Position numbers and translations under genes: made by a program
Notes under the pieces: model-generated
Told to the model about the DNA's origin: nothing
What the model saw: only the letters and a program-made list of their open reading frames with translations
Database searches by the model: none
IMG/VR virus record: IMGVR_UViG_3300025168_000034
Coordinates: 32,001 to 96,000 of that record
Length of the DNA stretch: 64,000 nucleotides
Strand: one strand, 5' to 3'
Source: a virus
In this document: piece after piece, positions 1-10,124 of the stretch
How the letters are laid out: each line of letters starts with the position of its first letter
How positions within the stretch are numbered: the stretch's first letter is position 1

Positions 1-1060
1 TTGCTTGTTCTGATCCTACAGCTGTGATCTTGTGTTTTTTATTTCGCTCTATGAAAACTATATCTCCTTTCTTAACAACCATAGTATCTCCTTCCACAAA
101 CCATTCCCACTCTCCTTTTATGATGTACCACCACTCATCCCAATCATTATGATAATGTAATCGATTTCCTTCACCTGGCATCTGTCCAATTAAGGTAGCT
201 CTGTTAGATTTTGAGTTTATTACTGTGTGTGACCAAGACTCATCATCCGGATTATTACCTATGATACTCTGTACTTTTGTGACTTCTTTATTGTAATCGT
301 GTAGGTTATTATTAACAACACCGTCTTGGGTTAGTACACGTTCTACATTGTGATCATAGACCTTTCCTGGTTTGTAATATTGAGGATCTTTTGGCTTTGC
401 TGCTAGAATCGATTCAGCTAGCAGAAAATCATCCTCCTCGTCTATGTCGACTGTAGCATACCCATCTAACTCAAAGAATCCTATATTGCCATCACCTCCA
501 TGATATCCGCAACCATACTTCTCCATATTTTTTTTATAATTTTCATATGTCCAAGACATTAAAGAGCAGGCATATGCATAGACTGGTTCTAGTAATTGGC
601 TTGGTGGTGATGGTTTTTTTTGATCAAAGTTGATTGGTTGATTATCATACACTGATTCTATTTTGACTTTTTTGGTAGATACTAGTGTTGTATATTGCTT
701 AGCTTGATTTACAAAATCCTTAACTTGCGACGAAGTGATGAAAGGTGATGTTGCAAGTATCTGTATTAGAGTATCTCCTTCTACACTATTCATAAAGTCT
801 AATGTGAAATCGTCATTTGTTGCTTCATCTGTAGATAGATGGGCTGGTCTTTTGTAGAACTTCACACCATACTCCTCAGCTATCTCTGCAAAAATATCTG
901 ACTCTGAATTGATATATATTTCATCAAACACATTTGCTTCTTTAGCAGCTTGTATTGCATAACTAACTAGAGGAACATTACCTAATAGTCTTAGATTCTT
1001 ATTGGGTATCCGTTTACTTCCCAGTCTAACGGGGATCATTGCTATAACTTTTTTATTCAT
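1..1060 (-). CDS. neuA: CMP-nonulosonate/sialic acid synthetase (NeuA/KdsB-like cytidylyltransferase) fused to a C-terminal cupin domain; 3' end truncated by the window edge
   Basis: Absent from the ORF track; translated by hand from the ATG at 1060: MNKKVIAMIPVRLGSKRIPNKNLRLLG...LATSPF...VDIDEEDDF (NeuA motifs), then GEGNRLHYHNDWDEWWYIIKG...GDIVFIERNKKHKI (cupin HxH/E/H). The start overlaps the upstream stop (TAATG). Confidence 0.85.
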   Translation of the reverse strand, partial: MNKKVIAMIPVRLGSKRIPNKNLRLLGNVPLVSYAIQAAKEANVFDEIYINSESDIFAEIAEEYGVKFYKRPAHLSTDEATNDDFTLDFMNSVEGDTLIQILATSPFITSSQVKDFVNQAKQYTTLVSTKKVKIESVYDNQPINFDQKKPSPPSQLLEPVYAYACSLMSWTYENYKKNMEKYGCGYHGGDGNIGFFELDGYATVDIDEEDDFLLAESILAAKPKDPQYYKPGKVYDHNVERVLTQDGVVNNNLHDYNKEVTKVQSIIGNNPDDESWSHTVINSKSNRATLIGQMPGEGNRLHYHNDWDEWWYIIKGEWEWFVEGDTMVVKKGDIVFIERNKKHKITAVGSEQA

Positions 1061-2778
1061 TATTTGTTGTTTATAAACTCATTCATTAAATAATCATCTA
1101 ACGTGAGTGTTCCGTAATGCTCATCTACCATTTTTCTAAAATAATCAATCTGTGGTTGTTGATGATGTATATCCATTCGTAGCTGTTCTACAGAGGGTTC
1201 TTTATTTTCTGTAGAGCTGAAATTGCCTATTGCTGAAGCTGCATCGTGATATGTATCATTGTACACTTTTCCAAAAGTATTCATATTGAAAAAAGTCATA
1301 CCGGTGATGAATAGCTCTTTGACATCATAATTTAACAAGGTTATGACACCCATCAACCCTGTGTTAGCAGTTGTTCCGATTTCATTAAAGCATTTGAATA
1401 AATAACCATCAGATACATCGTGCCAATCCACTTTTAGATCTTGCATAAAATCATATATCGATTGGATATTCCACATTAACACCATTGGACACACAACATA
1501 CTTTAGAGATTTTACAAACTCCACATTATTAGACATTGCATTCTGCTTATAGTGATTCAGGCAATTCATAACTATATCCGTTCGTTGTCCATAGTCTTCC
1601 CAATCACTCTCTGGCATATCATATGCTTGATTAACCCTCACAACTACATCATAAGAATCTATTAATTTACCTAAACCCTTTCCTTTAAGGTGAGGAGATG
1701 GACAGACATATGCTACCCGCTTTCCTTTTACCAACTCGTTAAGCTTTTCATCGAGCTTATAATCTCGAAAGCTATTTACAAAAGGTCCTCGAGAGCCTAA
1801 ATCAAAAAGCTGATCAGCTGGGGTTGGTGTAGATGATTGCCATTCCGGTGGATTAATGCTAAGAGGTATGTTTGTTATATTGTTCAAAGTGTTTCCCCAC
1901 CAATTATCATTATCAATTAAACTCACTCTACACTCGATAAGCTCTTTGTGGTGTATCGGTGGTATCTCCCACGGAAAGATAGGAAATCGACCTATACTCT
2001 CTCCGTTGAACCATCTTAGATCTGTAGTAAAGGACTCTACATTAATCTTATTGGTATCAATAACTTCGCCTGATAATAATAAGCTGTTTAGATACTCAAC
2101 ACTATACACTTCTTCGTACCTATTCAATGAGTTGTTAGTGTGTATTTGTTTTACTACTTCTGTGTGGTGAAACAAATTATATGTATAGTCTTGGAATATA
2201 GGAGATTTTGAACCTGCTATCTCTAGCTCGACTGGTGTGTTGATCTTGTTGTCAGTTTGTATTAATTCTAATACATCTTTCTTTCTGTGAATAACACTAC
2301 TCGCATTAAAGGGATATTTTAGTGCCAACTCTTCGATAGAGCTAGATCCTTTGGTACTTTTGTTAATAGTGTAATAAGCTTCTTCTTGCTTATCCCACCA
2401 CTGCTTATTAAATAAAGTAGGGTCAAGTCCAAAACAATACTTACCAGCGCTATTAAGTGTTTTTAAAGACTTATCACACTGATCAAGGTTTAATGATTTA
2501 AAGTATATAGTATCATCTACCTCAAGCATTACATTGTCTGATTGTATTTCATTACTTAATATTGCTGTAAGTGTTTGTTGGAAGCCATAAACACTCTCGT
2601 CTACAAAAATAACATTGTTAAATATGTTGTTAAGTTTTTGATACCCTTCAAGATACTGTTTATTAGAGTACCCAAACTGGACGTATATATTGTCTACTCC
2701 AGTCACATACCTCTCTATCGTCTCAAGTGATGTGTGTAACTGAAAAGCTCTATCTTTTGAAAAAATTAAAATATCCAT
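1060..2778 (-). CDS. Two-domain glycosyltransferase: N-terminal GT-A-like domain plus C-terminal GT29 (sialyltransferase)-like domain
   Basis: The N-terminus has ILIFSKDRAFQL...VDD (DxD-like). The C-terminus has a sialylmotif-L-like RVAYVCPSPHLKGKGLGKLIDSYDVVVRVN...DYGQRTD, an S-like ANTGLMGVITLL...LFITGMTF and a VS-like HHQQPQ. Confidence 0.7.
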   Translation of the reverse strand: MDILIFSKDRAFQLHTSLETIERYVTGVDNIYVQFGYSNKQYLEGYQKLNNIFNNVIFVDESVYGFQQTLTAILSNEIQSDNVMLEVDDTIYFKSLNLDQCDKSLKTLNSAGKYCFGLDPTLFNKQWWDKQEEAYYTINKSTKGSSSIEELALKYPFNASSVIHRKKDVLELIQTDNKINTPVELEIAGSKSPIFQDYTYNLFHHTEVVKQIHTNNSLNRYEEVYSVEYLNSLLLSGEVIDTNKINVESFTTDLRWFNGESIGRFPIFPWEIPPIHHKELIECRVSLIDNDNWWGNTLNNITNIPLSINPPEWQSSTPTPADQLFDLGSRGPFVNSFRDYKLDEKLNELVKGKRVAYVCPSPHLKGKGLGKLIDSYDVVVRVNQAYDMPESDWEDYGQRTDIVMNCLNHYKQNAMSNNVEFVKSLKYVVCPMVLMWNIQSIYDFMQDLKVDWHDVSDGYLFKCFNEIGTTANTGLMGVITLLNYDVKELFITGMTFFNMNTFGKVYNDTYHDAASAIGNFSSTENKEPSVEQLRMDIHHQQPQIDYFRKMVDEHYGTLTLDDYLMNEFINNK

Positions 2779-4433
2779 TAAACTAAATCTTTTAAGTACT
2801 TATTGTAAAATTTATCATTATCCTCATACCAATCTAAAGCTCTTTCGTAATTTTCTTGAATTGCAGCTTTTTTGGATTCATAAATAGGAGTTTTTTCAAG
2901 GTCTTGGATAATAGTCACCAATTCTTTAGTTGTGTCGAAGGTTATAATACCATCTGGATTAAACCACTGTTGTATATTTGGACAGCCATGATAGATAGGA
3001 ATAACTCCAGCTAACATACAATCAAGTAGCTTTTCTGTAAAGTAGTTTTTCATCTTAGCATTCTCCATTGCTATTGAAAATTCATAGTCCTTTAATCCTT
3101 CTAATTTAGAAGCTATGGGATTAATATCTCGTCCAAAAGCATCAACATTGAGCCTCTGTTTCTGCATCTCTGCTAGACATTCTAATCTAAACTCATGCCC
3201 CTTTACCATACTTTTCTTGGAGGTAATGAAGGATGTCTTTTTAGATTTTTTATAAACCTGAAACTGAGTTGTATCTAGTTCTATTGGTAAAAGATTCCAT
3301 TGTGAAATCTCTGTGATTGGTTTAAATTTAAAGTTTGGTAAATTGTGTAGCGACTCATGCCACCCAAGCACCCTATCAAACTTTCCGTATTCTGTTTGTA
3401 TTGTATCATACAAAAGCTCTTGATTAAACAGGTGTGGACCTTCAGCTATAACTGCTACAATAGGCTTATCCTCATCAACTTCAATTGATCCATTCAAGTA
3501 TTTTAGAATACTATCATCTTGCAAAACTGTCAAATCAAACTCACCTTTTGACAGATTGTATGTGTAGGAAAAGTCTTTAGGAATTGTATGTCGCTCTCTA
3601 TAATCTCCAAAAGCATTTACTTGTGGCAACTTTTCGCCACTCAACTCTTCTCTAACAGCTACTCTCTTGAATTTTTTTCTATTTCGTATTTCTATTTCAT
3701 ACTTTTCATTCTCTTTCGAATCTCTAAAAGAGCCATCCTTTAAAGGCCTTACTCGGTCAGGATCGTTATTAAACATTACAGTAGGATATTGTAGATTCAC
3801 TATCTTCTCTGAAGGTACCATCTCCATCATAGAGAATTGGAGCTGTAGATCAATTGCATGTTTATATATCTCATTATCGATGTTTGAGATTGCATTTTCA
3901 ACTTTAAATTGCTTATGTACAAACCATCTAAACGAGTGTAGGTGACCTGCTCTCCACATGTCCTTTCTATATAGAGCATGTTTATGCACAAACGGATCAT
4001 AATCGCTATTTTGTGGATTAGGCATGACAATCTCTGTGCCACCATTCCATACACGCATACCACCGTAGGTTAGCCAACAATCGGTTTCATTATATGTTTG
4101 GTTGAGTTGTTCTAATACTGTTGGAGTAGCAAACCAATCATCACCACAAAGCTCTACTAGGATTTCATTTTCATCCCTACCATCCATAAACTCATAAGGG
4201 TGTTTAATGTAGTTTGTTGGAGAGTCTAAGTTTTTTTTATTGTTAATAATGTGAAATCTACTATCATTACCAACTAAATCAGTTACTATCTGTAGGGTGT
4301 TGTCTGTAGATGCATCATTAACATATATTACCTCATAATTAGTATATGTTTGTTCTAAAATACTTTCCAAGTGAGTTTCCGCCCACTCCTCATTGTTGTA
4401 TGAACAACATAAGATTATAAATTTATTTTTCAT
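2778..4433 (-). CDS. Two-domain glycosyltransferase: GT2 domain plus GT10 (alpha-1,3-fucosyltransferase-like) domain
   Basis: N-terminal GT2 motifs SYNNEEW...QTYTNYEVIYVNDASTD and LCGDDW. C-terminal GT10 signature YEFSIAMEN...YFTEKLLDCMLAGVIPIYHG. Confidence 0.75.
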   Translation of the reverse strand: MKNKFIILCCSYNNEEWAETHLESILEQTYTNYEVIYVNDASTDNTLQIVTDLVGNDSRFHIINNKKNLDSPTNYIKHPYEFMDGRDENEILVELCGDDWFATPTVLEQLNQTYNETDCWLTYGGMRVWNGGTEIVMPNPQNSDYDPFVHKHALYRKDMWRAGHLHSFRWFVHKQFKVENAISNIDNEIYKHAIDLQLQFSMMEMVPSEKIVNLQYPTVMFNNDPDRVRPLKDGSFRDSKENEKYEIEIRNRKKFKRVAVREELSGEKLPQVNAFGDYRERHTIPKDFSYTYNLSKGEFDLTVLQDDSILKYLNGSIEVDEDKPIVAVIAEGPHLFNQELLYDTIQTEYGKFDRVLGWHESLHNLPNFKFKPITEISQWNLLPIELDTTQFQVYKKSKKTSFITSKKSMVKGHEFRLECLAEMQKQRLNVDAFGRDINPIASKLEGLKDYEFSIAMENAKMKNYFTEKLLDCMLAGVIPIYHGCPNIQQWFNPDGIITFDTTKELVTIIQDLEKTPIYESKKAAIQENYERALDWYEDNDKFYNKYLKDLV

Positions 4434-5301
4434 ATGACTTAATTGTCTTTTTTATACCTGATTGTATATCGTGTTTAGCGCACCATCCAGTGAGTTGTAG
4501 TTTACTATTATCACCACATAGATGGTTTGTGTAGGAATTCTTTCTGTCCTTGGTAGCGTCAAAAGTAATAGTGTGTTCGAGTCCTAAATAGTCATCGTCA
4601 AACTCTTGTTTTATTGTATTGACTACATCCCTAACCACATACTCCTTTCCGGAACATATGTTGAATATACCGGTATGTTTACCTGATAATAGTTGATCAA
4701 CAGCGCTCGTAAAGTCATCTATATACAAGTAATCTGCTACTGAATTACAAGAATTGAGAGTAAGGTTTTGGCGGTCAATGCATGCTTGAACTGTCATAGG
4801 GATTAACCTACTCTGTACGTCACCTGGTCCGTATACATAACAAGGACGCAGCCACAACCATTTAAAATTATTGACCTCACACAAGGTTCTTGTAAACAGT
4901 TTAAGAATATTCTTAGATGCACCATAGTAGTTGTTAGCATACTCCGGGTCTTCTTCTGTTATGCTTGTTTTGTTGATTCCATACTCTGCAAACGATCCTA
5001 CACCTACAAAGTGTAAATTCTTTAGTTGAGAGAATACTCTACCTAATTCGATAGCTATATTAATGTTGCTAAATTGCTCGTAACTATTGACACCGTTAAA
5101 GTTGTTACCATCAGACCATCCATTGTATATAAAGATGTCAGGTTGATATTCTAAAATCTCTTCTCCAACTGTAGTTAGGTTGTTATGCCTTATACTGACA
5201 GATCGTATGTCATATTTTTTTGATAAATGGATTGCTAGACTCTTTCCTAAGAATCCACTAACCCCACTAATCATTATTTTAAGTTTATCTGACTTCTCCA
5301 T
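4423..5301 (-). CDS. NAD(P)-dependent nucleotide-sugar epimerase/reductase (extended SDR)
   Basis: ISGVSGFLG Rossmann motif, YGASK (YxxxK), R..VYGPG, DYLYIDD. Alternative start at 5274. Confidence 0.85.
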   Translation of the reverse strand: MEKSDKLKIMISGVSGFLGKSLAIHLSKKYDIRSVSIRHNNLTTVGEEILEYQPDIFIYNGWSDGNNFNGVNSYEQFSNINIAIELGRVFSQLKNLHFVGVGSFAEYGINKTSITEEDPEYANNYYGASKNILKLFTRTLCEVNNFKWLWLRPCYVYGPGDVQSRLIPMTVQACIDRQNLTLNSCNSVADYLYIDDFTSAVDQLLSGKHTGIFNICSGKEYVVRDVVNTIKQEFDDDYLGLEHTITFDATKDRKNSYTNHLCGDNSKLQLTGWCAKHDIQSGIKKTIKSYEK

Positions 5302-6251
5302 TCCTTCAAATCGTAGTGTTTTTTATAATTTCTTTTTGCTTTGATTACACAATCTGTGTAAAAATCGTAATCATTGCTTAGCCTTTGTGCTAACTTTCTA
5401 GCTGAATCAACGTCTTCTACATCAACACACAAGTCTGGATGACACAATCTTTGTGTATCAACGTGTTTGTTACCTATACAAGGTATGCCAAAGTATGCAC
5501 AATTTAGGCTAAATGTGCCTGCTGCAATAGTTGGCATAAGATGTACAGCATACTTGAATGTTGATAACTCTTTCATCCAATCGATCCAGCTCAATCTAGG
5601 TAGATGTTGTAGGTTTGGTACATATCCTTCACCGTCACGTTTTGCATGAGACTCTTGAGCCCAGATTGGTGCTTTGAATTCATCTGCAACAACGTAGCTT
5701 TGAAAGCCTCCATACCATCTTGCAAAGTTTCCTCCAATAATCACCTTGTTTTCTGTCTTAGGCTCTATATTACTAATAAGCTTTTCGATCATTAATGTAG
5801 GTATTGTTTGTACCTTTTGACCTGGCACTAACCCTTTATAAAATCTCGTATCATATTCGTTGTGAGCATATATTGTATCGACATCAGTTAGCATATTGTA
5901 GAAATTAAACTGATCATGCACTTCTAATTCTGTGAACATCCAAGCCGGTCCTTCTTGTATATAATGGATTTGCTTGTTGTTCTTTTTCAAGACCTCGAGC
6001 CAGTTTGAGTTTAAAAGCTCAGAGTGTGGATTAGGTGAGTTAGCTATTTTTGCTCCAACTGCATTTAGATTAAGCTGTCCTTTAGGGAATATAACAAACA
6101 CATGATCACAATCTTTAATACTTGCATACTCATATATGTTTGTGTGTGTTGCGTCTAATGCATGCATCCATGCAAACTCCGTTCTCATATTAGTATGATC
6201 ACTAGCAATCTTACCACTAAACCCCATCTCTGTAACGAACGCTATTTTCAT
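5274..6251 (-). CDS. Putative GT-B fold glycosyltransferase
   Basis: MKIAFV start and C-terminal AAGTFSLNCAYFGIPCIG resembling the GT-B donor-binding segment; lies inside the glycan operon. Confidence 0.5.
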   Translation of the reverse strand: MKIAFVTEMGFSGKIASDHTNMRTEFAWMHALDATHTNIYEYASIKDCDHVFVIFPKGQLNLNAVGAKIANSPNPHSELLNSNWLEVLKKNNKQIHYIQEGPAWMFTELEVHDQFNFYNMLTDVDTIYAHNEYDTRFYKGLVPGQKVQTIPTLMIEKLISNIEPKTENKVIIGGNFARWYGGFQSYVVADEFKAPIWAQESHAKRDGEGYVPNLQHLPRLSWIDWMKELSTFKYAVHLMPTIAAGTFSLNCAYFGIPCIGNKHVDTQRLCHPDLCVDVEDVDSARKLAQRLSNDYDFYTDCVIKAKRNYKKHYDLKEWRSQINLK

Positions 6252-7405
6252 TTTGCAAAAAACTCTTTTATTTTATCACACACATAATCAACATCGTCAA
6301 CTGTCATACCGTGATGAGCACCTAACAAGAATCCATTAGCCATAATGAGGTCTGAATTTGTAAAATCTTGCAAATACTCTCTATAGATTGGATGTCTAGT
6401 AACATTACCAGCAAAGGTAACTCTAGTCTGTATATTGTTATCTTCTAAGAATGTTAACAACTCAAGACGTCTATCACACTGTAAAGGTACTGCTAGCCAG
6501 TTTGGTTTTATACTATCGTCTGGCAATATAAGCTCTTTAACATCTTTAAGGTTTTCTATATATCTTTCAACATTATCTCTCCTTATCTTTTCAAACTTTT
6601 TAAACCTTTCGAGTTGTACTAATCCAAAAGCTGCGTTCATCTCTGAGCATTTCATGTTGTATCCAAGTACGTCATATAGAAATTTGTGATCGTAAGCAAT
6701 ACCATCTACTTCGTGATTAAAGCGATCTGACATTAACTCTGAGTTGTCTCCCATTCTTCCCCAATCACGATATTGTAGAGCTCTGTTTACATGCTTCTTG
6801 TCGTTAAACATAACCATACCTCCTTGACCTCCAGCTGTAATGACATGACTAGCATAAAAGCTGGTCGTAGACACATCCGATTCTTCTGTGTATGTAATTG
6901 TATCTGCTGAATCTTCTATGACTTTAATGTCATATCTTCTTAGAGCTTGTAGTTTTTGCTTTAACTTAACCCAATCAGGTTTGTTTCCTATTAAATTTGG
7001 AACCATAATAGCTTTAACTTTAGATTCCGTATCCTTAGATACAATGTCAATAATATCTTCCACTGTTGGCACATAGGATTGCAATCCTACATCACAAAAA
7101 ACTGGCTCGAAGCCTAACTGTATAATTGGAGCTAATGTTGTTGAAAACGTACATGCTGGTGTTATCACCTGACATCCTTTAGGTAAGTCTAATGCTGCTA
7201 ATGCTAACAGACATGCTGATGATCCTGAGTTCACAAACACTCCATATTTCTTACCAAAACGCTTAGCTATTTGCTCTTCAAACTCAATAGACTTAGGTCC
7301 AAATCCAGCTAGCCATCCATCACGGAGACACTGTTCTACTGCTTTAATTTCTTCCTCTCCATAAGATTCAAACTTGTTAGGAGCGTACCATACTTTCTTT
7401 CTCAT
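6248..7405 (-). CDS. PLP/PMP-dependent NDP-4-keto-6-deoxyhexose 3-dehydratase (ColD/DdhC-like, DegT/DnrJ family)
   Basis: VNSGSSA, IEDSAD and SFYASHVITAGGQGG, with His at the position of the usual Schiff-base Lys. The Cys-rich [2Fe-2S] segment of DdhC is absent. Confidence 0.8.
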   Translation of the reverse strand: MRKKVWYAPNKFESYGEEEIKAVEQCLRDGWLAGFGPKSIEFEEQIAKRFGKKYGVFVNSGSSACLLALAALDLPKGCQVITPACTFSTTLAPIIQLGFEPVFCDVGLQSYVPTVEDIIDIVSKDTESKVKAIMVPNLIGNKPDWVKLKQKLQALRRYDIKVIEDSADTITYTEESDVSTTSFYASHVITAGGQGGMVMFNDKKHVNRALQYRDWGRMGDNSELMSDRFNHEVDGIAYDHKFLYDVLGYNMKCSEMNAAFGLVQLERFKKFEKIRRDNVERYIENLKDVKELILPDDSIKPNWLAVPLQCDRRLELLTFLEDNNIQTRVTFAGNVTRHPIYREYLQDFTNSDLIMANGFLLGAHHGMTVDDVDYVCDKIKEFFAK

Positions 7406-8034
7406 ATTGTGTTGTAAAATTTATTTTGACGTTCTTGTCGTTGTATCGACTTAGGATGATGTAAGCAATACTCTGGATTGCCTGGCATATGTCCAAATTT
7501 TTTGTAGCCAACCAATCTTTCATGAACCGGCTTTATCCATTTAATGTCTGGTGAGTTTTTGTATAAGCGCATTTGATGATCAGGAAAATTAACCCACCCT
7601 CGTTCACTCACCTGCCATCCCCACTTTGCTATATGCTCTTGTGTTAATCCGCTGACTGTGTTAATTCGTGACAACCAGTACGCTTCAACATCTGGGTTGT
7701 CTGATATTACATAAGGGATTGCTTCCATCAAGTAGTCGTCTGGATACTCGTCTGCATCTAATTGGAGTATCCAATCTCCAGAACAGAGACTGTTTAAGTA
7801 ATTCTTGTGTTTAGCAAAGTTTTTGTTTAGAGGATGATATGCTCGAATCACATTATCATCGATACACTCTTCAGCGAATGCTTCTACATAATCCTTTATC
7901 TCTTGTGTGTGATTTGTTTCATCTACTAAAATAACGATCTCATCTTCAGGTGACTTCCATTTCAATAAATACTTGGTGAGGTTTTTTATTTCTTCAATCT
8001 CGTTACATACGGGGACAGCATAACTAATTTTCAT
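7402..8034 (-). CDS. Glycosyltransferase family 2
   Basis: ISYAVPVCNE, GDWILQLDADE, FPDHQMRLYKN, PVHE. Confidence 0.85.
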   Translation of the reverse strand: MKISYAVPVCNEIEEIKNLTKYLLKWKSPEDEIVILVDETNHTQEIKDYVEAFAEECIDDNVIRAYHPLNKNFAKHKNYLNSLCSGDWILQLDADEYPDDYLMEAIPYVISDNPDVEAYWLSRINTVSGLTQEHIAKWGWQVSERGWVNFPDHQMRLYKNSPDIKWIKPVHERLVGYKKFGHMPGNPEYCLHHPKSIQRQERQNKFYNTI

Positions 8035-8040
8035 AACTAC

Positions 8041-8069
8041 AATATACTAAATTAAATCCTATTAAACAA
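8041..8069 (-). promoter_or_regulatory. Class-2 (middle-type) promoter TTGTTT-N17-TATATT
   Basis: Member of a family of 11 sites with T(T/A)G at -35, an exact 17-nt spacer and a TATA(T/G)T -10; 6 nt upstream of the GT2 ATG. Confidence 0.7.
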
Positions 8070-8559
8070 GGTCTTCGTTAATAATAAATCCAGCATGCTT
8101 ACAAGCATCATAAAATTGAGTTGATGCAAATTTCTCTTTTTGAGACATATCAACTCTCTTTTTGTAATACTCGCCATTAGATCCTGGTATTGGATATTTT
8201 TCTCTTTCACTATCTTTAACATCTACAGATGGAGCAGTAGTCCACCACCAATCTAACTTACTGTTTCCATCTGGAAAAATAATTCCAACATTTGGAAAGT
8301 TGAGAACAAGTGGATACCATACTAAGTTTTTATCATCGATCCATCTAAGATCCTTGATAAGTTTTGCAGTATTTTCTTCGTATTGAATTATAGTTGGGCT
8401 CCCTTCTACATTCAAAGATGTAGTGGTATAGCCACAATCAATACACATGTAGCTTGTTGCTTTTGAGCCATCAGGCAGTTCTGTGTGTTCTTTAAAACAC
8501 CTATGGCCTCCACAGTGTTTGCATATTACCTTTTCAGGTTGTTCATCTTGTTGGTACAT
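8062..8559 (-). CDS. Hypothetical protein with an N-terminal zinc ribbon
   Basis: CKHC...CIDC; overlaps the upstream ORF. Confidence 0.6.
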   Translation of the reverse strand: MYQQDEQPEKVICKHCGGHRCFKEHTELPDGSKATSYMCIDCGYTTTSLNVEGSPTIIQYEENTAKLIKDLRWIDDKNLVWYPLVLNFPNVGIIFPDGNSKLDWWWTTAPSVDVKDSEREKYPIPGSNGEYYKKRVDMSQKEKFASTQFYDACKHAGFIINEDLV

Positions 8560-8791
8560 ATTCTATATTGTATGATAGTCCGTTATTATTATCGCTCACT
8601 CCATGTTTTACATTATCAAATATTGCCATGGAGCTACGCACGACAAATTGACTATACTCTTCTGAGTTTTGTAATAATTCTTGTTTCCATTCACAATCGT
8701 GATTTGCTGATGTGAACCAGTTTATAAAGTGATCATGCGTCCATTTAGTATAACACTTTATGTAATATTTTATGTATTGTTCTTTCTTCAT
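8543..8791 (-). CDS. Hypothetical protein
   Basis: ATGA overlap with the upstream GT4 gene; fills the gap in the operon. Confidence 0.5.
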   Translation of the reverse strand: MKKEQYIKYYIKCYTKWTHDHFINWFTSANHDCEWKQELLQNSEEYSQFVVRSSMAIFDNVKHGVSDNNNGLSYNIEYVPTR

Positions 8792-10122
8792 GATTCTACT
8801 TTTTTGAGTTTAGGAAGTTTCATTTTAGGTTCTGCTTTTCTGAGTTTAGGAAGTTTCAATGAAACCTCAGTAGGAGTGTTTGATGTGATCTTGTCAAGAT
8901 GTTCTTTTAGTTTTTCTTCCATATGCTTCATTGCAAAGTTTTCTTTTATAAACTTAGCTTGACGTTTAGCTAAAACGTTGAGGTTCTTTTGATTTTTCTT
9001 ATCACAAACATACTTGAAGGCATCTGCTGCATGATTATAATTAACAGAAAACCACTGACTTTCTGGTAAAATTACATCATCCCATACAGCTGAAGGATGT
9101 ACGTTTGTTAGCTGTCCTTCCAATCTAATGCTATGTTTTAAGAAGTCGACTTGGCCACTCCAGTTAGGAGCTATGATAATTTTTTCAGATAAACTTGCTT
9201 CTGCTAAAGGTCTTCCAAAACCTTCTCCTTTGGTAAAAGTGACATGCGCTTTTACTTTTGGATGATTGTAGAGTGAGTTCATTTCATCATTAGTCAAATC
9301 TCCATGTACAAGATATATGTTTGGTAAATTTTTTCCACCATTAACACTTGTACATATCTGTTCAATTCTATTAATCATCTGATCTCGATCAACAGGAGAG
9401 AAGTCAGCTGCTGATGTTTTCATTATCAACGCAGGCTTGTTATGTCTTGCTTTATCTTTAAAAGTTTCCAAAAAACTCTTAATCATACCAGAGATGTTTT
9501 TACGATCTTCGCCAAAATCACCTTTCAGCCAATGACCTACAAATAAGAAAGCAAAGTCTTCTTTCACTTGTTTTAATTGATCATCTATTGACTTGTGTAT
9601 TTCTTTAGTTTTAAAGTAGGTTGTAAGATCGACCCCTTCTAACAACACTTCAACTGGAACCTGACATTTAATTGTTCCAACCTTCTGTTTGGTTTGATTG
9701 TCTATTTTTTCAAACGCTGTGCTCTGTAGTACATTTTTAGAATGTTCGGATGATGTCAATACTAAATCCATTTTATTCATTCCTTCAATCCATGGAGCTG
9801 CACACATTGTAGTCTCAATGCCTGCTGTAATTCCTATATTGACTTTGCCAATTTTCTGAAACTCATTAGGTACTGTGATTTGTATAAACACTTCTGGCTG
9901 TTTAGGTAAATTAGGGTCCGCAAGACATCTATTGAGTATCTCTACGTCTCTTTCATCTTCGGTATTTAGAAAGTTTTGTGGTGTTGTTCCCCAACGTGTA
10001 GGCCATATCTTAACATCATACTTATCTAATGCAATAAGTGCGTGTGCTACGTCTCGTGATCTTGCGCCATATCCAGATACTGTATTGACTGGCGCCATTA
10101 ATAATAATAGTGGTTTTTCCAT
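8788..10122 (-). CDS. Glycosyltransferase family 4 (GT-B)
   Basis: SGYGARSRD, FLFVGHW, KGEGFGRPLAEA...NWSGQVDF. Confidence 0.85.
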   Translation of the reverse strand: MEKPLLLLMAPVNTVSGYGARSRDVAHALIALDKYDVKIWPTRWGTTPQNFLNTEDERDVEILNRCLADPNLPKQPEVFIQITVPNEFQKIGKVNIGITAGIETTMCAAPWIEGMNKMDLVLTSSEHSKNVLQSTAFEKIDNQTKQKVGTIKCQVPVEVLLEGVDLTTYFKTKEIHKSIDDQLKQVKEDFAFLFVGHWLKGDFGEDRKNISGMIKSFLETFKDKARHNKPALIMKTSAADFSPVDRDQMINRIEQICTSVNGGKNLPNIYLVHGDLTNDEMNSLYNHPKVKAHVTFTKGEGFGRPLAEASLSEKIIIAPNWSGQVDFLKHSIRLEGQLTNVHPSAVWDDVILPESQWFSVNYNHAADAFKYVCDKKNQKNLNVLAKRQAKFIKENFAMKHMEEKLKEHLDKITSNTPTEVSLKLPKLRKAEPKMKLPKLKKVES

Positions 10123-10124
10123 AA

